A stretch of 64,000 bases of DNA from Candidatus Kaiserbacteria bacterium (GCA_016214605.1 JACROD010000012.1:57-64056), one strand, 5' to 3'. Numbered from the stretch's first letter, positions 10,801 through 20,192 are shown. The notes: generated by a model not told the origin, from the sequence alone. Numbers and translations: made by a program.

Positions 10801-11459
10801 TTGCGTCCAAGTACTGGGAATCCATTTTTACCAAATATATGAGAGGGAATGATTACCGATACCTCATCGCACGCTCGAAATACTGCTCGCAAGACATGGA
10901 GGTTGATACATGGTCGCGCAACGGCATCGTGTACCTGCGCCTGACCGACACGGGTGATGCGCTGTATTTCTATCACAACGGCGAGGTCGGCAGTGGCGGC
11001 TCCCTTGAAGTCGGCGTCGTTAAGGGTTACATCGACGGCATCGGGTTCCGATGGGCGCAGAATGGAACGTACACGGTACTCTACCGAAATTCAAACCTGG
11101 CAAGCACGACCCCGACAGGGTATGTCAAAAAGCTCACCGATGGACACCACTTCACCTTTGGCGTTCAAGGATCCGATGTATATGTGCGATTCAACGGTAT
11201 CGAATTTGCACGATTCAAGACAACGCACGTGGCGGCCGGTCGCGCCGCTATCCAAGCAAACAGTGGCTATGGTTTTCGTGATCTGACCATTCGCCACACG
11301 GGATCGGCACCTATTGCCTCGGCGATGCCTTCCGGCGGCGTGTCCGCGAGCCTCATTGCAAGCTCGGCTCCTGCATGGAACGCTCTTCAGGAGATTCAAA
11401 AAATAGAGGACATGCTTCGCATGATGTTGGACCTGGTCGATACTATCGGCAAAAGATAA
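7890..11459 (+). CDS. Secreted beta-helix (pectate lyase/tailspike-like) protein with duplicated terminal domains and an Ig-like domain
   Basis: Signal peptide; LPAGSYAV..VLYGQGSSTTML..VRDLRLVG beta-helix start; Big_7 domain; N- and C-terminal ~200-aa segments are homologous. Confidence 0.7.
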   Translation: MPMPRLRYPAALLFGVAFVYLPQLALAATLSPGADCVTGQTAPKSEYSINVPSLPLGGYAANSLSTDFTNAAGSVGANTYWTASSTKYLVPTNQAQFVLASKYCSRDEEVETWIRAGRVYLRLTPDGRGVFFDINPNTTNGTLIVGIATSTTETQYYPGYSRYLYSNDNMVGTIPGYSKTATDAQRFIFGVEGFDMYAKFNGVEFMRIKDFHHMAPGRMAIKTPAGYGVRSTTVRNFSNKTFLSDLVAGIYDPRDFGFRSIQTTGSISAGSNTLTLAGPTSFTVGDFVIVEIGKEPGAGMRGTKGVGGTWPAKSYPDLTTMQADTSQIDGLYAWREDTGDVYKFATATSSWGSAYSWYTAGTPAWGLDRAAKNYYSAKAIPRALQARVTAVANNGATLTLDKSATVSVSGANVYLDVAPILNFLVGTDNWYKFGGVPGDLTALVPLNMRTVLPAGSYAVGGAIITGGQRSNNVLYGQGSSTTMLFSPKGVPSASIWLNGSNNMVRDLRLVGNTGLNGFGIAWPTTIIPWGYGPSGLEVSYTSPGVVTETVIPQGMGWPFGILMYGSNLIVQDVKVDNVWQDAVGASYCYGCWAHRVENTQTDPLQNYIQWQFLWSDAVGGGCVDCIVKSDWLIAGFSIVKGNGVQFIRPKGINATFEVNSSGNFLYQDPETVIQPMRQSPSFSSNGYIMNINTNMDNALPVEQRDKRNAAGGKIINPHFIVEGPINTNNNGLNAIAIGNWAPNVTVQGGYIEGPNWKSPSTINTPVGVISQGTSTIVDGLRVVGTVNPALFPKGNIMLFKDGVARNCIADLIILFDKTTKKENCMTNAEYLASKAPKITITIPSNSNVSGAITVAASTTGANLQGVQFWLDGANLGSEDTMAPYSAGWNTASSTNGIHTLTAIARNALGQQASSTVSVHVANASPVAGVVCGSTTIAPVAEYGVPVSLLPLGSYATSSLSAYFENPAGIIFASKYWESIFTKYMRGNDYRYLIARSKYCSQDMEVDTWSRNGIVYLRLTDTGDALYFYHNGEVGSGGSLEVGVVKGYIDGIGFRWAQNGTYTVLYRNSNLASTTPTGYVKKLTDGHHFTFGVQGSDVYVRFNGIEFARFKTTHVAAGRAAIQANSGYGFRDLTIRHTGSAPIASAMPSGGVSASLIASSAPAWNALQEIQKIEDMLRMMLDLVDTIGKR

Positions 11460-11659
11460 CACGTCATCCTAGAGGAGGGAACAGGGACTGCGCGTGCCGG
11501 GCCGCACGGAGCGTGGTGAAAAATCATCGCGATCTTTTTATCCCGGATCCGATACGAAAGTTCGTATAGCGTCGGTATTCATGCGCTGTAGTTTTTTGAA
11601 ATAGGGAGGCTTGAATTTTTGTGCAAAATGGGTGATAGTAGGGGACACTTACATATTGT

Positions 11660-12760
11660 ATGGGACTTTCTATCGGTATCGTCGGTCTGCCAAACGTGGG
11701 GAAATCCACGCTTTTTAATGCACTCACCAAAAAAGGGGTTCCTGCAGAGAATTACCCCTTTTGCACCATCGACCCGTCGGTCGGCGTGGTCGCCGTGCCC
11801 GATGTCCGCCTTGATCGTCTCTCAGAGTTTAGTCATACCCAAAAGATCGTCCCGGCGATCGTCGAATTCGTCGATATTGCCGGTCTGGTCAAAGGCGCTT
11901 CGCAAGGCGAGGGTCTGGGTAATCAATTCCTCACGCACATCCGCGAAGTGGATGCGATCGCGCAGGTCGTGCGCATGTTTGACGACGAAGACGTGCATCA
12001 CGTCGCGGGCGAGGTAGATCCTGCGCGCGATATCGAGGTGATCAATCTCGAACTCGTGCTCGCCGACCTCGACACGGTCGAGAAGCGTATCGCGCGACTG
12101 GAGCGCGATGTGAAAGGGGGAGACAAAGACCTCGCGATCGAGCTCGAAGCGCTCAAGAAGGTCCTCCCGACACTTCACGCAGGCAAGGCCGCACGCACCG
12201 TATCGCTCGGAGAAAAAGAATCGCTCGCGATCCGCTCCATGCATCTGCTCACCATGAAGCCGCTTCTTTATATACTCAATCGCAAAAGCGGCGCGGTAAA
12301 TGTCGATGCCGAAAAAGGCGATCGCTGGCACGCCCTGCAGGATTTCCTCGCGTCATCGGGTGCACAGTGGGTCACGGTGGATGCGGGCGTCGAGCAAGAA
12401 CTCTCCGATGTGCACGATGACGAGCGCGCCGAATTCCGCCGCGAGCTCGGCGTGCAGGACAATGGTATCGATGCGCTCATCCGCGCCGGCTACGAGCTGC
12501 TCAATCTGATCTCGTTCTTTACGACCGGGGAGGTGGAGACGCGTGCATGGACGATTCATCGCGGTGACACCGCTCCCATCGCCGGCGCCGCCATCCACAC
12601 AGATTTTCGCGACAAGTTTATCCGCGCCAACGTCATTCAGTGGGACAAGCTTCTTGAAGCAGGTTCATTTGCGAAGGCACGTGAGCAAGGGCAACTGCGA
12701 TCTGAAGGAAAGGAATATGTTGTAGAGGACGGGGACGTAATGGAATTCTTCCATAGTTAA
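11660..12760 (+). CDS. ychF: Redox-regulated ATPase YchF
   Basis: GIVGLPNVGKSTLFNALT, NYPFCTIDP, DIAGLVKGASQGEGLGNQFL, EGKEYVVEDGD. Confidence 0.98.
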   Translation: MGLSIGIVGLPNVGKSTLFNALTKKGVPAENYPFCTIDPSVGVVAVPDVRLDRLSEFSHTQKIVPAIVEFVDIAGLVKGASQGEGLGNQFLTHIREVDAIAQVVRMFDDEDVHHVAGEVDPARDIEVINLELVLADLDTVEKRIARLERDVKGGDKDLAIELEALKKVLPTLHAGKAARTVSLGEKESLAIRSMHLLTMKPLLYILNRKSGAVNVDAEKGDRWHALQDFLASSGAQWVTVDAGVEQELSDVHDDERAEFRRELGVQDNGIDALIRAGYELLNLISFFTTGEVETRAWTIHRGDTAPIAGAAIHTDFRDKFIRANVIQWDKLLEAGSFAKAREQGQLRSEGKEYVVEDGDVMEFFHS

Positions 12761-12804
12761 TGCAACTGGAATTTCAAAATTATTGACTCTTTAAAAAAAC
12801 CGCC

Positions 12805-13317
12805 CTATCCGGGCGGTTGATTTGTAGGCCACTTTTTCATGGCCATTTCCTTTACTTCTTTTGCTTCGTCGGACCTTCTCCTTTTTTGGCTCTGTGCAAG
12901 CGCTTCACCCAGTGATTGAGGAGTGTTTGGATTGTGGACCAATGCTATGAGCACGGCGAAGCGTTGAGTCGCAAAGACGCGCCAAAGATGCGCTTCAGGA
13001 CAGTCGCTTCGAGAGGCGAGGGAAGCCTGTATTGTGTCTATCAATCCTGCATCTCCGAGCGGCTGCGCGCGTGCTTCGATCGCAAGGATCACGTCCAACG
13101 GCAAATCTTTTCTGCAGGCAGTATTTGCACGCACCGTTGGATGGAGGTCGTCCGCCAGTTTTTGTAGGATTGCCGGCGGAGTGTGTCGATTATTGGCGAC
13201 CCGCACGCGCACCCAATGTTCATCGTGGTTCGCCAGCTTTGCCAAGACATCAGGCTCGGTCGCAGTGGTGGCATTTTTATAAGCCACGGTATCGATCAGG
13301 TCATTTGTTAAACTCAT
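12805..13317 (-). CDS. HEAT/leucine-rich-variant repeat protein
   Basis: Repeats LAKLANH..VRVRVANNRHTP, LQKLADD..VRANTA, LVHNPNTP; GGAGG SD upstream. Confidence 0.7.
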   Translation of the reverse strand: MSLTNDLIDTVAYKNATTATEPDVLAKLANHDEHWVRVRVANNRHTPPAILQKLADDLHPTVRANTACRKDLPLDVILAIEARAQPLGDAGLIDTIQASLASRSDCPEAHLWRVFATQRFAVLIALVHNPNTPQSLGEALAQSQKRRRSDEAKEVKEMAMKKWPTNQPPG

Positions 13318-13393
13318 GATTTCCTCCGCGCGATTTCTCCGTGAAATATGACATTTTATATGCAGGAAGTCAAACCGTCTTTTTGAGGTCTAC

Positions 13394-13618
13394 TTAAAGT
13401 TGCTCGATCTCTTTGAGGTCGTGATCGGGGATATAGAGGAGTGCGAAGCCGACGAAGATTCCGAGTACGGTCGTGATGAATGGGTTGCCGCCGAGGAGGT
13501 AGATATCTACCGCATCGAGCAGGTGCCAGATGCCGCGCCAGATGAGGACGAGCCCCAAGACGATCATAAAGTTTTGCTTGATATAACGAAACATTTCCGG
13601 ACGGTCTTTTTTGGTCAT
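13394..13618 (-). CDS. Small membrane protein
   Basis: Two hydrophobic helices, GLVLIWRGIWHLLD motif; TATAAT just upstream. Confidence 0.7.
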   Translation of the reverse strand: MTKKDRPEMFRYIKQNFMIVLGLVLIWRGIWHLLDAVDIYLLGGNPFITTVLGIFVGFALLYIPDHDLKEIEQL

Positions 13619-13731
13619 ATATCGGTATTATAATCCACTCCCTAGCATACCGCGCTTCATAGCGTCTTTTTTGGTCCGATGATATATAATAATGGTGTTG
13701 GAGTAGAAATTTTAATATAAACATATTTTAT

Positions 13732-16700
13732 ATGAAGAGGCATAATTTTTCGACTTTCCTTGTTATCGCAATGGTCTTTTTTGTAAGTCTGTCCTCTGTT
13801 CGCGTAGCCAACGCAGCAATCGGAGATATTGAGCTTGTATCTCCGCCAGCCGGTAATATCTACACATCTACTGATGGCCCAATCTATATGCGGAATTCAG
13901 CGCAAGCTGTCAGTAACGGGTGTTCCAATTCTCAAGTAGCCACTATTTATCGGACAGACACTGGAGATAATACACCCATTGAAGCAGTTAATCTCGTACC
14001 CGGTGGATGCACGGGTGACACTTTCAGTACAGCGAATGTCTATTCAGGCACTGACGTGCGATCAATACCGGGAACATACGATGTGCTGGATATGCAATGC
14101 CCAGAATCATTCACAGAAAGTATGTGTCTTGCAGCACAGGGAGCCACCGTCCAATTCTCGTTCACTGTTGCTACAGCAGCTCCGGTAATTTCTCCAAATC
14201 TTGTGAATGCAACGATTGACACTACTTATTCAAGGGCTATCGGAGTGACCGGAGGCCTTGCGCCATTCACCTGGAGTATTGCTTCCGGATCATTACCTGA
14301 CGGACTGTCTTTAAATACTTCAACGGGGGTCATTTCAGGTACTCCGACAGTGACAGGGACTTCCGATTTTACGGTTCAGGTGATAGACAGCAATGCGGCG
14401 GTTGACACGCATTCGTTCTCTCTTTTGGTTAATTCCACGCCAGTTATTACTAGCACCAGTCTTGTCGGAGGGCACGTTAATACGTTGTATTACCAGACTC
14501 TGCAGAAATCTGGCGGCACACTACCTGTTACATGGAGTGTTATTTCCGGGTCACTGCCACCTGGAATGCAGCTTACTGGGGGTGTAGTGGCGGGAATTCC
14601 AACTCAGGTTGGGACCTCAACCTTTACGGTCCAACTCACTGACGCCAATGGAGCTACAGCTACACAAGCACTCGTTCTGGTTATTGACTACGTACCCCCT
14701 GTCATCATCACCCCCACACTTCATCCTGGTCAAGTTGATATTGCTTACCATTCTATTTATGGCTCTGTTTACGACACGGTCCGTGTCTCGGGTGGTAGTT
14801 TGCCATTAATATGGAGTATTATCTCCGGTAGTTTTCCCGATGGACTATCACTCGACCCTTCTAATGGTTTGGTGTCAGGAACCCCGACTACCGCAGGAAC
14901 ATACCACTTTACTGTGCAAGTCACCGACAACGACGTGGCGTCAGATACCCAAGAAGTCACATTGGATATTGATCCGTCCACAAGTGGAGAAGTGGTTCTT
15001 GTCTCGCCGCCTACGGGTAACCTTTATACAAGCACTAACGGTCCGATCTATATGCGAAACTCGGGAAGGGCCGTTAATAGTGACTGTGCGACCTACGGAA
15101 GTCCCATTGCACTAGCAACCATCTATCGAACAGATACCGGAGACAACACTCCTTCTGAGGAGGTTAATCTTGGGTGTACTGGAGAAGTTTTCAGTACGGC
15201 TAATGTATATTGGGGTTCCGATGTGCGTTTAACACCTGGAGCATACGATGTATTGGATAGGCAATGTCCGGAGTTTGTCACAGAACAGGATTGTCTTTTT
15301 GGTTCTTATGCAGCCTTGGGAGCCACAGTCCAATTCTCATTCACGGTAACATCAACGGTCGTTTCGCCGCCGGCCATTACCACCACTTCGCTGAGTGAGG
15401 CCACGATAGGAGTTGGGTACAATCACTCGCTCCATGTTACAGACGGATCTGCTCCGTATGTTTGGACAATCGCCTCAGGAAGTCTGCCCGCAGGCCTCAG
15501 CCTCAATGGATCAAATGGTGAAATATCCGGAGTACCAAGCATTGCTGGAAATTATGATTTTACTGTTCAAGTTACCGATACAAATTCACAAACAGCAATC
15601 CAGGATTTAACTCTTGTCGTAAATCCGGCGCCAGAAATTATTACTGCTTCAATTCCTGACGCCACTATAACAGGCAATTACTCACAGACCCTAGAGGTTG
15701 CCGGTGGCACCACTCCTCTTACTTGGAGCTTACCTGCAGGCAGTCTACCTTCAGGGCTAACCTTGAGTAGCTCTGGCATCCTATCGGGTGTGCCAGGCGA
15801 GACTGGTTCTTTTAATTTTACCGTACAAGCTACTGACGCAAACTCGGCTTTTGCCACCCAGACATTATCCTTGATGGTAAACCAAGCCCCGGCTGTCACG
15901 ACTACGAGTCTAGCAGTAGGCACCATAAATGCGGCCTATTCCCAGGCACTTGAAGTGTCAGACGGCTCTTTTCCGTTTATTTGGTCCGTCACATCCGGCA
16001 TCCTACCTGACGGATTAAGTCTCAATAGTTATACTGGTGAAATATTCGGTACGCCGACGACTGGAGGGAATCAGCTACTTACAGTGCAAGTGGTTGATAA
16101 CAACGGCGTTTCTGATTCAAAGTCATTATCCATAGCGGTTAATCCATCCGTTACCATTACCACAATCTCCAATCCTACCGACGCGACGATAAATGCCGCT
16201 TATTCGCAAATACTCACAGCCACTGGCGGTACCGTACCGCTCACATGGGGTCTCCTGAGTGGTAGTCTGCCACCTGGTCTCACTTTGAGTGAGACTGGTG
16301 TCTTGTCTGGCATTCCAACGGCCACAGGAGTTTTTAACTTTACCGCCCATGTTACGGATGCCAACAACTCTTCAGCGAATCAGGTGTTGTCTATTGTAGT
16401 GAATTCTGCACCGATCATCACTACCAGCTTCGTACCAGACGCGACGGCTAATGCCGTATATTCGCAGTCTCTGCAGGCAACAGGAGGCACTGCGCCCCTT
16501 ACATGGAGCTTACTGAGCGGATCCTTGCCCGCAGGTCTGGCACTTAATTCTGAGGGCACTATCGTGGGTGTCCCAACGACTACGGGTACCTATACCTTCA
16601 CTGTTCAGGTAACTGATATTTATAACATATCAGCCAACCAATCACTCACGATCCAAGTCCATCCGGCTCTCCATATCACCACAACGAACCTCCCCAATGG

Positions 16701-16926
16701 AAAAGTAGATAAAAAGTACTCTCGCTCTGTCCATGCCGCCGGCGGTACTGCACCGTTTGTGTGGAGCATTATTTCAGGTACTTTGCCCACAGGATTATCG
16801 TTTGATTCTGGGACTGGTGTAATCTCCGGTATCCCCACTATTGCCGGAACCGTAAACTTCACCGTTAAGGTTCTCGACTCTAATAATGCCAGCTCGACAC
16901 AGTCATTGAGTATTCAGGTGAATTGA
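13732..16926 (+). CDS. Secreted putative-Ig (He_PIG/cadherin-like) repeat protein
   Basis: Signal peptide; nine repeats of GGxxPxxWSxxSGSLPxGLxL..G.ISGxPTxxGxxxFTVQVxD; two copies of a four-Cys domain; very Ser/Thr rich. Confidence 0.88.
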   Translation: MKRHNFSTFLVIAMVFFVSLSSVRVANAAIGDIELVSPPAGNIYTSTDGPIYMRNSAQAVSNGCSNSQVATIYRTDTGDNTPIEAVNLVPGGCTGDTFSTANVYSGTDVRSIPGTYDVLDMQCPESFTESMCLAAQGATVQFSFTVATAAPVISPNLVNATIDTTYSRAIGVTGGLAPFTWSIASGSLPDGLSLNTSTGVISGTPTVTGTSDFTVQVIDSNAAVDTHSFSLLVNSTPVITSTSLVGGHVNTLYYQTLQKSGGTLPVTWSVISGSLPPGMQLTGGVVAGIPTQVGTSTFTVQLTDANGATATQALVLVIDYVPPVIITPTLHPGQVDIAYHSIYGSVYDTVRVSGGSLPLIWSIISGSFPDGLSLDPSNGLVSGTPTTAGTYHFTVQVTDNDVASDTQEVTLDIDPSTSGEVVLVSPPTGNLYTSTNGPIYMRNSGRAVNSDCATYGSPIALATIYRTDTGDNTPSEEVNLGCTGEVFSTANVYWGSDVRLTPGAYDVLDRQCPEFVTEQDCLFGSYAALGATVQFSFTVTSTVVSPPAITTTSLSEATIGVGYNHSLHVTDGSAPYVWTIASGSLPAGLSLNGSNGEISGVPSIAGNYDFTVQVTDTNSQTAIQDLTLVVNPAPEIITASIPDATITGNYSQTLEVAGGTTPLTWSLPAGSLPSGLTLSSSGILSGVPGETGSFNFTVQATDANSAFATQTLSLMVNQAPAVTTTSLAVGTINAAYSQALEVSDGSFPFIWSVTSGILPDGLSLNSYTGEIFGTPTTGGNQLLTVQVVDNNGVSDSKSLSIAVNPSVTITTISNPTDATINAAYSQILTATGGTVPLTWGLLSGSLPPGLTLSETGVLSGIPTATGVFNFTAHVTDANNSSANQVLSIVVNSAPIITTSFVPDATANAVYSQSLQATGGTAPLTWSLLSGSLPAGLALNSEGTIVGVPTTTGTYTFTVQVTDIYNISANQSLTIQVHPALHITTTNLPNGKVDKKYSRSVHAAGGTAPFVWSIISGTLPTGLSFDSGTGVISGIPTIAGTVNFTVKVLDSNNASSTQSLSIQVN

Positions 16927-16939
16927 TAACGACCGATAT

Positions 16940-18772
16940 ATGAATCCTGCAGGTTTTTTGGTTGATACTCTCAAGGTTGCCAATGTCAGATTCTTCAATA
17001 GAAAATATCTAATCGCTCTTGCGCTGTTTATACTATTCATATCCTTATATATTTACACCGCGCCTCGCGGGGTGTTTGATGGAGATAGTGGGGAAATGAC
17101 AACCGCGGTCCATACACTCGGTCTGGCTCACAGTACCGGTTTTCCTCTCTATGTACTCTCGGCAAAACTGTTCACATTTGTATTTCCGTTTGGTGAATTT
17201 GCCTTTCGTCTCAATATCTATTCTGCACTGCTCACTGCTCTTTCGGTCGCCCTGCTCTATGTACTGATTCTTGAGATGGAGTTGTCCACTGTGGCGGCTT
17301 TTTTGGCGTCATCAACTTTTGGTCTGGGATTTTCGATTTGGCGCAATGCCGGTCAGGCAAGAATATATCCGCTTGCGCTGCTGTTCGTGATCCTTCTCGC
17401 TTTTATCTTCGTTCGATGGCAGAAGGACAAACATATCCGCTATTTGTATTGGTATGTACTTGTGTGGGGTATTTCTTTTGGTACGCATCTTCTCGTGTTG
17501 ACCATGATCTGGCCCTTGCTCATCATGCTTTGGCAAAAGAGAGACTATCTAAGGACGCATGTAACGGTGCTCGGCAAAGCGGCATTGCTATTTTTCTTAC
17601 CTTTTGTGCAGTACATCTATATACCGATTGCGAATGCGAGGCACATGACCACCTCATGGGGAGATACTGGTGGGTTGATGGGATTCCTGTATTACATTAC
17701 CCAGAGACAGTACGTATATAAAATGATTGCACGAGATTGGACCGGCATAGCTCTTTTTTTCAAGCAGATGGGAGGTGTGATTTTCTCGGAGCTTGGGGCG
17801 ATTCTCTTTATGATTGGTATAGGGGGACTCATATATTTCTACAAGGAAAATAAACCGCTATGCTCTGCGCTAGTATTGGCAAGTCTCTCCAATATTGTCA
17901 TCATGTTCTCCTATGGCAATGAGGGGGATATCGGTTTCCTGTATCGCTATCTCTTTATCGTGCACCTGACAGTAGCAATCGGCATTGCCTATAGTGTCAC
18001 TGCCTTAGGGCGCGTTCGTAATGCCAAATGGTTTCTCGTGGCGTTTTTGATACTCCTTATATTTATTGAGCTTCGGACAAACTACGCTCGAAATAATCTG
18101 CGCGCAAACTTCATCGTATCCGATATTGCCCAGAACATTTTGGAGACGGTCGGACCAAACTCGATCCTTTTTACTACACTCGATGCGCCCCACGGGGCTA
18201 TCACGTATCTACAGAGCGAACGTTATCGGACCGATGTGATCGCCGTGATATCAGATCAGTTGGGATTTGATTGGTATGTGAAGGATCTCATATGGAAATA
18301 TCCCGATACATTCAGTACCGGATTGCTTACAATACAAGGAGACTATCTAAGAAAAAATAGTTTAAGAATAGAGGAAATAGTGCAGAATAATCTCGACAAG
18401 CGAGATATGTATGCAATGTTTGCCAACAACAAATTGCCCGACAACAGGACTCTTGCAGATGACTTTACTATCACCCCGATCGGTGTCGTGAATAAAATTA
18501 CAGCTAAAGGTGACGATAGTAAGATGATTTTGGCAAAAAATATCGATATCTGGAACAATTATCAACTGAGAGGTGTTTTCTCGGACACTTATGACAAAAC
18601 GATGGAATATCCTTTGAGGATCCTATACAGGGATGCACTCTATAATCTCGGGGTTTCTTACTTCAAGAATGGTTTTACGTCTCAAGCTGTAGACGCTTTG
18701 CAATACTCGCTCAAGATCAACTACACTCCCTATGCACAGAACGAGTTGGATTTTATAGAAAAACAGCGCTAA
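16940..18772 (+). CDS. DUF2723 / GT117 (TMEM260-like) GT-C glycosyltransferase with C-terminal TPR
   Basis: GDSGE and GLAHSTGFPLY motifs after TM1; about 10 TM helices; WGD..GFLYYITQRQY; TPR-like ALYNLGVSYFKNG..AVDALQYSLKIN. Confidence 0.82.
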   Translation: MNPAGFLVDTLKVANVRFFNRKYLIALALFILFISLYIYTAPRGVFDGDSGEMTTAVHTLGLAHSTGFPLYVLSAKLFTFVFPFGEFAFRLNIYSALLTALSVALLYVLILEMELSTVAAFLASSTFGLGFSIWRNAGQARIYPLALLFVILLAFIFVRWQKDKHIRYLYWYVLVWGISFGTHLLVLTMIWPLLIMLWQKRDYLRTHVTVLGKAALLFFLPFVQYIYIPIANARHMTTSWGDTGGLMGFLYYITQRQYVYKMIARDWTGIALFFKQMGGVIFSELGAILFMIGIGGLIYFYKENKPLCSALVLASLSNIVIMFSYGNEGDIGFLYRYLFIVHLTVAIGIAYSVTALGRVRNAKWFLVAFLILLIFIELRTNYARNNLRANFIVSDIAQNILETVGPNSILFTTLDAPHGAITYLQSERYRTDVIAVISDQLGFDWYVKDLIWKYPDTFSTGLLTIQGDYLRKNSLRIEEIVQNNLDKRDMYAMFANNKLPDNRTLADDFTITPIGVVNKITAKGDDSKMILAKNIDIWNNYQLRGVFSDTYDKTMEYPLRILYRDALYNLGVSYFKNGFTSQAVDALQYSLKINYTPYAQNELDFIEKQR

Positions 18773-18778
18773 TCGATT

Positions 18779-19489
18779 ATGCTCGACCTCTGTATACCGA
18801 CCTACAACGAAGCAGATATCATCGCAGAATCGATATGCACGATAGAGAAAACACTACAGAGTACATCTCTTGAATGGCGGATTATCCTTGCGGACAATGG
18901 TTCCACAGACGGTACGATCGACATTGTGGAAGCACTCCTGTTACCGCAAACGCATATCCTCGCTGTTCCTCAGCGGGGTAAGGGAGCGGCGATTGTCGCA
19001 GTGACTCAGATGTCAAACGCGGAAATATTCGGTTTTATCGACGCGGATCTCTCCGTCGATCCGCAAGAGATTGAGGTATTTGTCCGTCATATCGAACATG
19101 GTGATGCCGACATTGTTGTCGGTTCGCGACTGATCAATACGAGGCTTGTGCAAAGGAATTTTCTACGTACGTTCTCGTCGCGATTATTCAATATTCTGCG
19201 CCGTGTGATACTCGGTATTCGAGTCGCAGACAGTCAATGCGGATTTAAGATGATGAATGCGCGAGGTCGAAAGATACTTACGCAATGCACAGAAACGGGA
19301 TGGTTCATGGACATAGAATTTTTATATCGCGCCGAACTTACAGGTCTTGTTATACAAGAAATACCTGTGCACTGGGAAGAGCATCGCTTTGCAGGACACA
19401 AGAGTAAGCTCCGTATAGTATCTGATGGGTGGGAAGCGGTGCTTGCCATGACAAGAATACGTCGTTCAGCTAGAAAGTTCACGGTTTGA
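18779..19489 (+). CDS. GT2 polyprenol-phosphate glycosyl synthase (ALG5/DPM1-like)
   Basis: IPTYNEA, ADNGSTDGT, RGKGAA, DADLS, GSR, DSQCGFK, GWFMDIEFL. Confidence 0.88.
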   Translation: MLDLCIPTYNEADIIAESICTIEKTLQSTSLEWRIILADNGSTDGTIDIVEALLLPQTHILAVPQRGKGAAIVAVTQMSNAEIFGFIDADLSVDPQEIEVFVRHIEHGDADIVVGSRLINTRLVQRNFLRTFSSRLFNILRRVILGIRVADSQCGFKMMNARGRKILTQCTETGWFMDIEFLYRAELTGLVIQEIPVHWEEHRFAGHKSKLRIVSDGWEAVLAMTRIRRSARKFTV

Positions 19490-19490
19490 T

Positions 19491-20192
19491 ATGGAAAAAG
19501 AATCCTTCGAGCTTTTGCGGAGTATAGAAAGGTCATGGTGGTATCGCGGTCGCGCTGGAGCTATTCGTGCCGTGCTTGGTCGTGTGGGGCAGAAGGGGAT
19601 GATGGTACTTGATTATGGGGCAGGTTTCGGCGGTATGTGTGCGGAACTCGCTCCCTACGGTCAGGTCTTTGCCTTTGAGACCGATCCACGAGCATACGCA
19701 TCTGCGCGGCAAAGAGGGTATTTGGAACTATACAATGATGTTGAGAGCGCGCTGGGGCAATCATATGATCTCATCGCTCTTTTTGATGTGCTTGAGCACC
19801 TTCCCGATGATCGTGCATCTCTCATACAAATGCGAGAATCTTTTTCCAAATCAGGCAAAATTATACTCACCGTACCAGCGATGCCATTTTTGTGGAGCGT
19901 ACACGACACATCGCACCATCACTTCAGACGCTATACGCATTCCTCTTTACGTAGGGTGCTTGAAGAAGCTGGATATACGGTCGAGTACATGAGTTATTGG
20001 AATATGTTACTTTTTGTCCCGGCGGCGTTGGTGCGGTTGTTTGGCAGTGCAGGCGACGGCTCGTTACGCCTGTCTCCCATAGTCGACGCCCTCCTTTACC
20101 GCATTATCAGGGTCGAAGTCTTCTTGATGAGGTTCATTCGACTCCCGATTGGTATCAGTTTGGTGGCGCTTGTTCATACGAAGAACATGTAG
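19491..20192 (+). CDS. Class I SAM-dependent methyltransferase
   Basis: WWYRGR, VLDYGAGFG, FDVLEHL, LTVPA..LWSVHD..HHFRRY. Confidence 0.88.
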   Translation: MEKESFELLRSIERSWWYRGRAGAIRAVLGRVGQKGMMVLDYGAGFGGMCAELAPYGQVFAFETDPRAYASARQRGYLELYNDVESALGQSYDLIALFDVLEHLPDDRASLIQMRESFSKSGKIILTVPAMPFLWSVHDTSHHHFRRYTHSSLRRVLEEAGYTVEYMSYWNMLLFVPAALVRLFGSAGDGSLRLSPIVDALLYRIIRVEVFLMRFIRLPIGISLVALVHTKNM

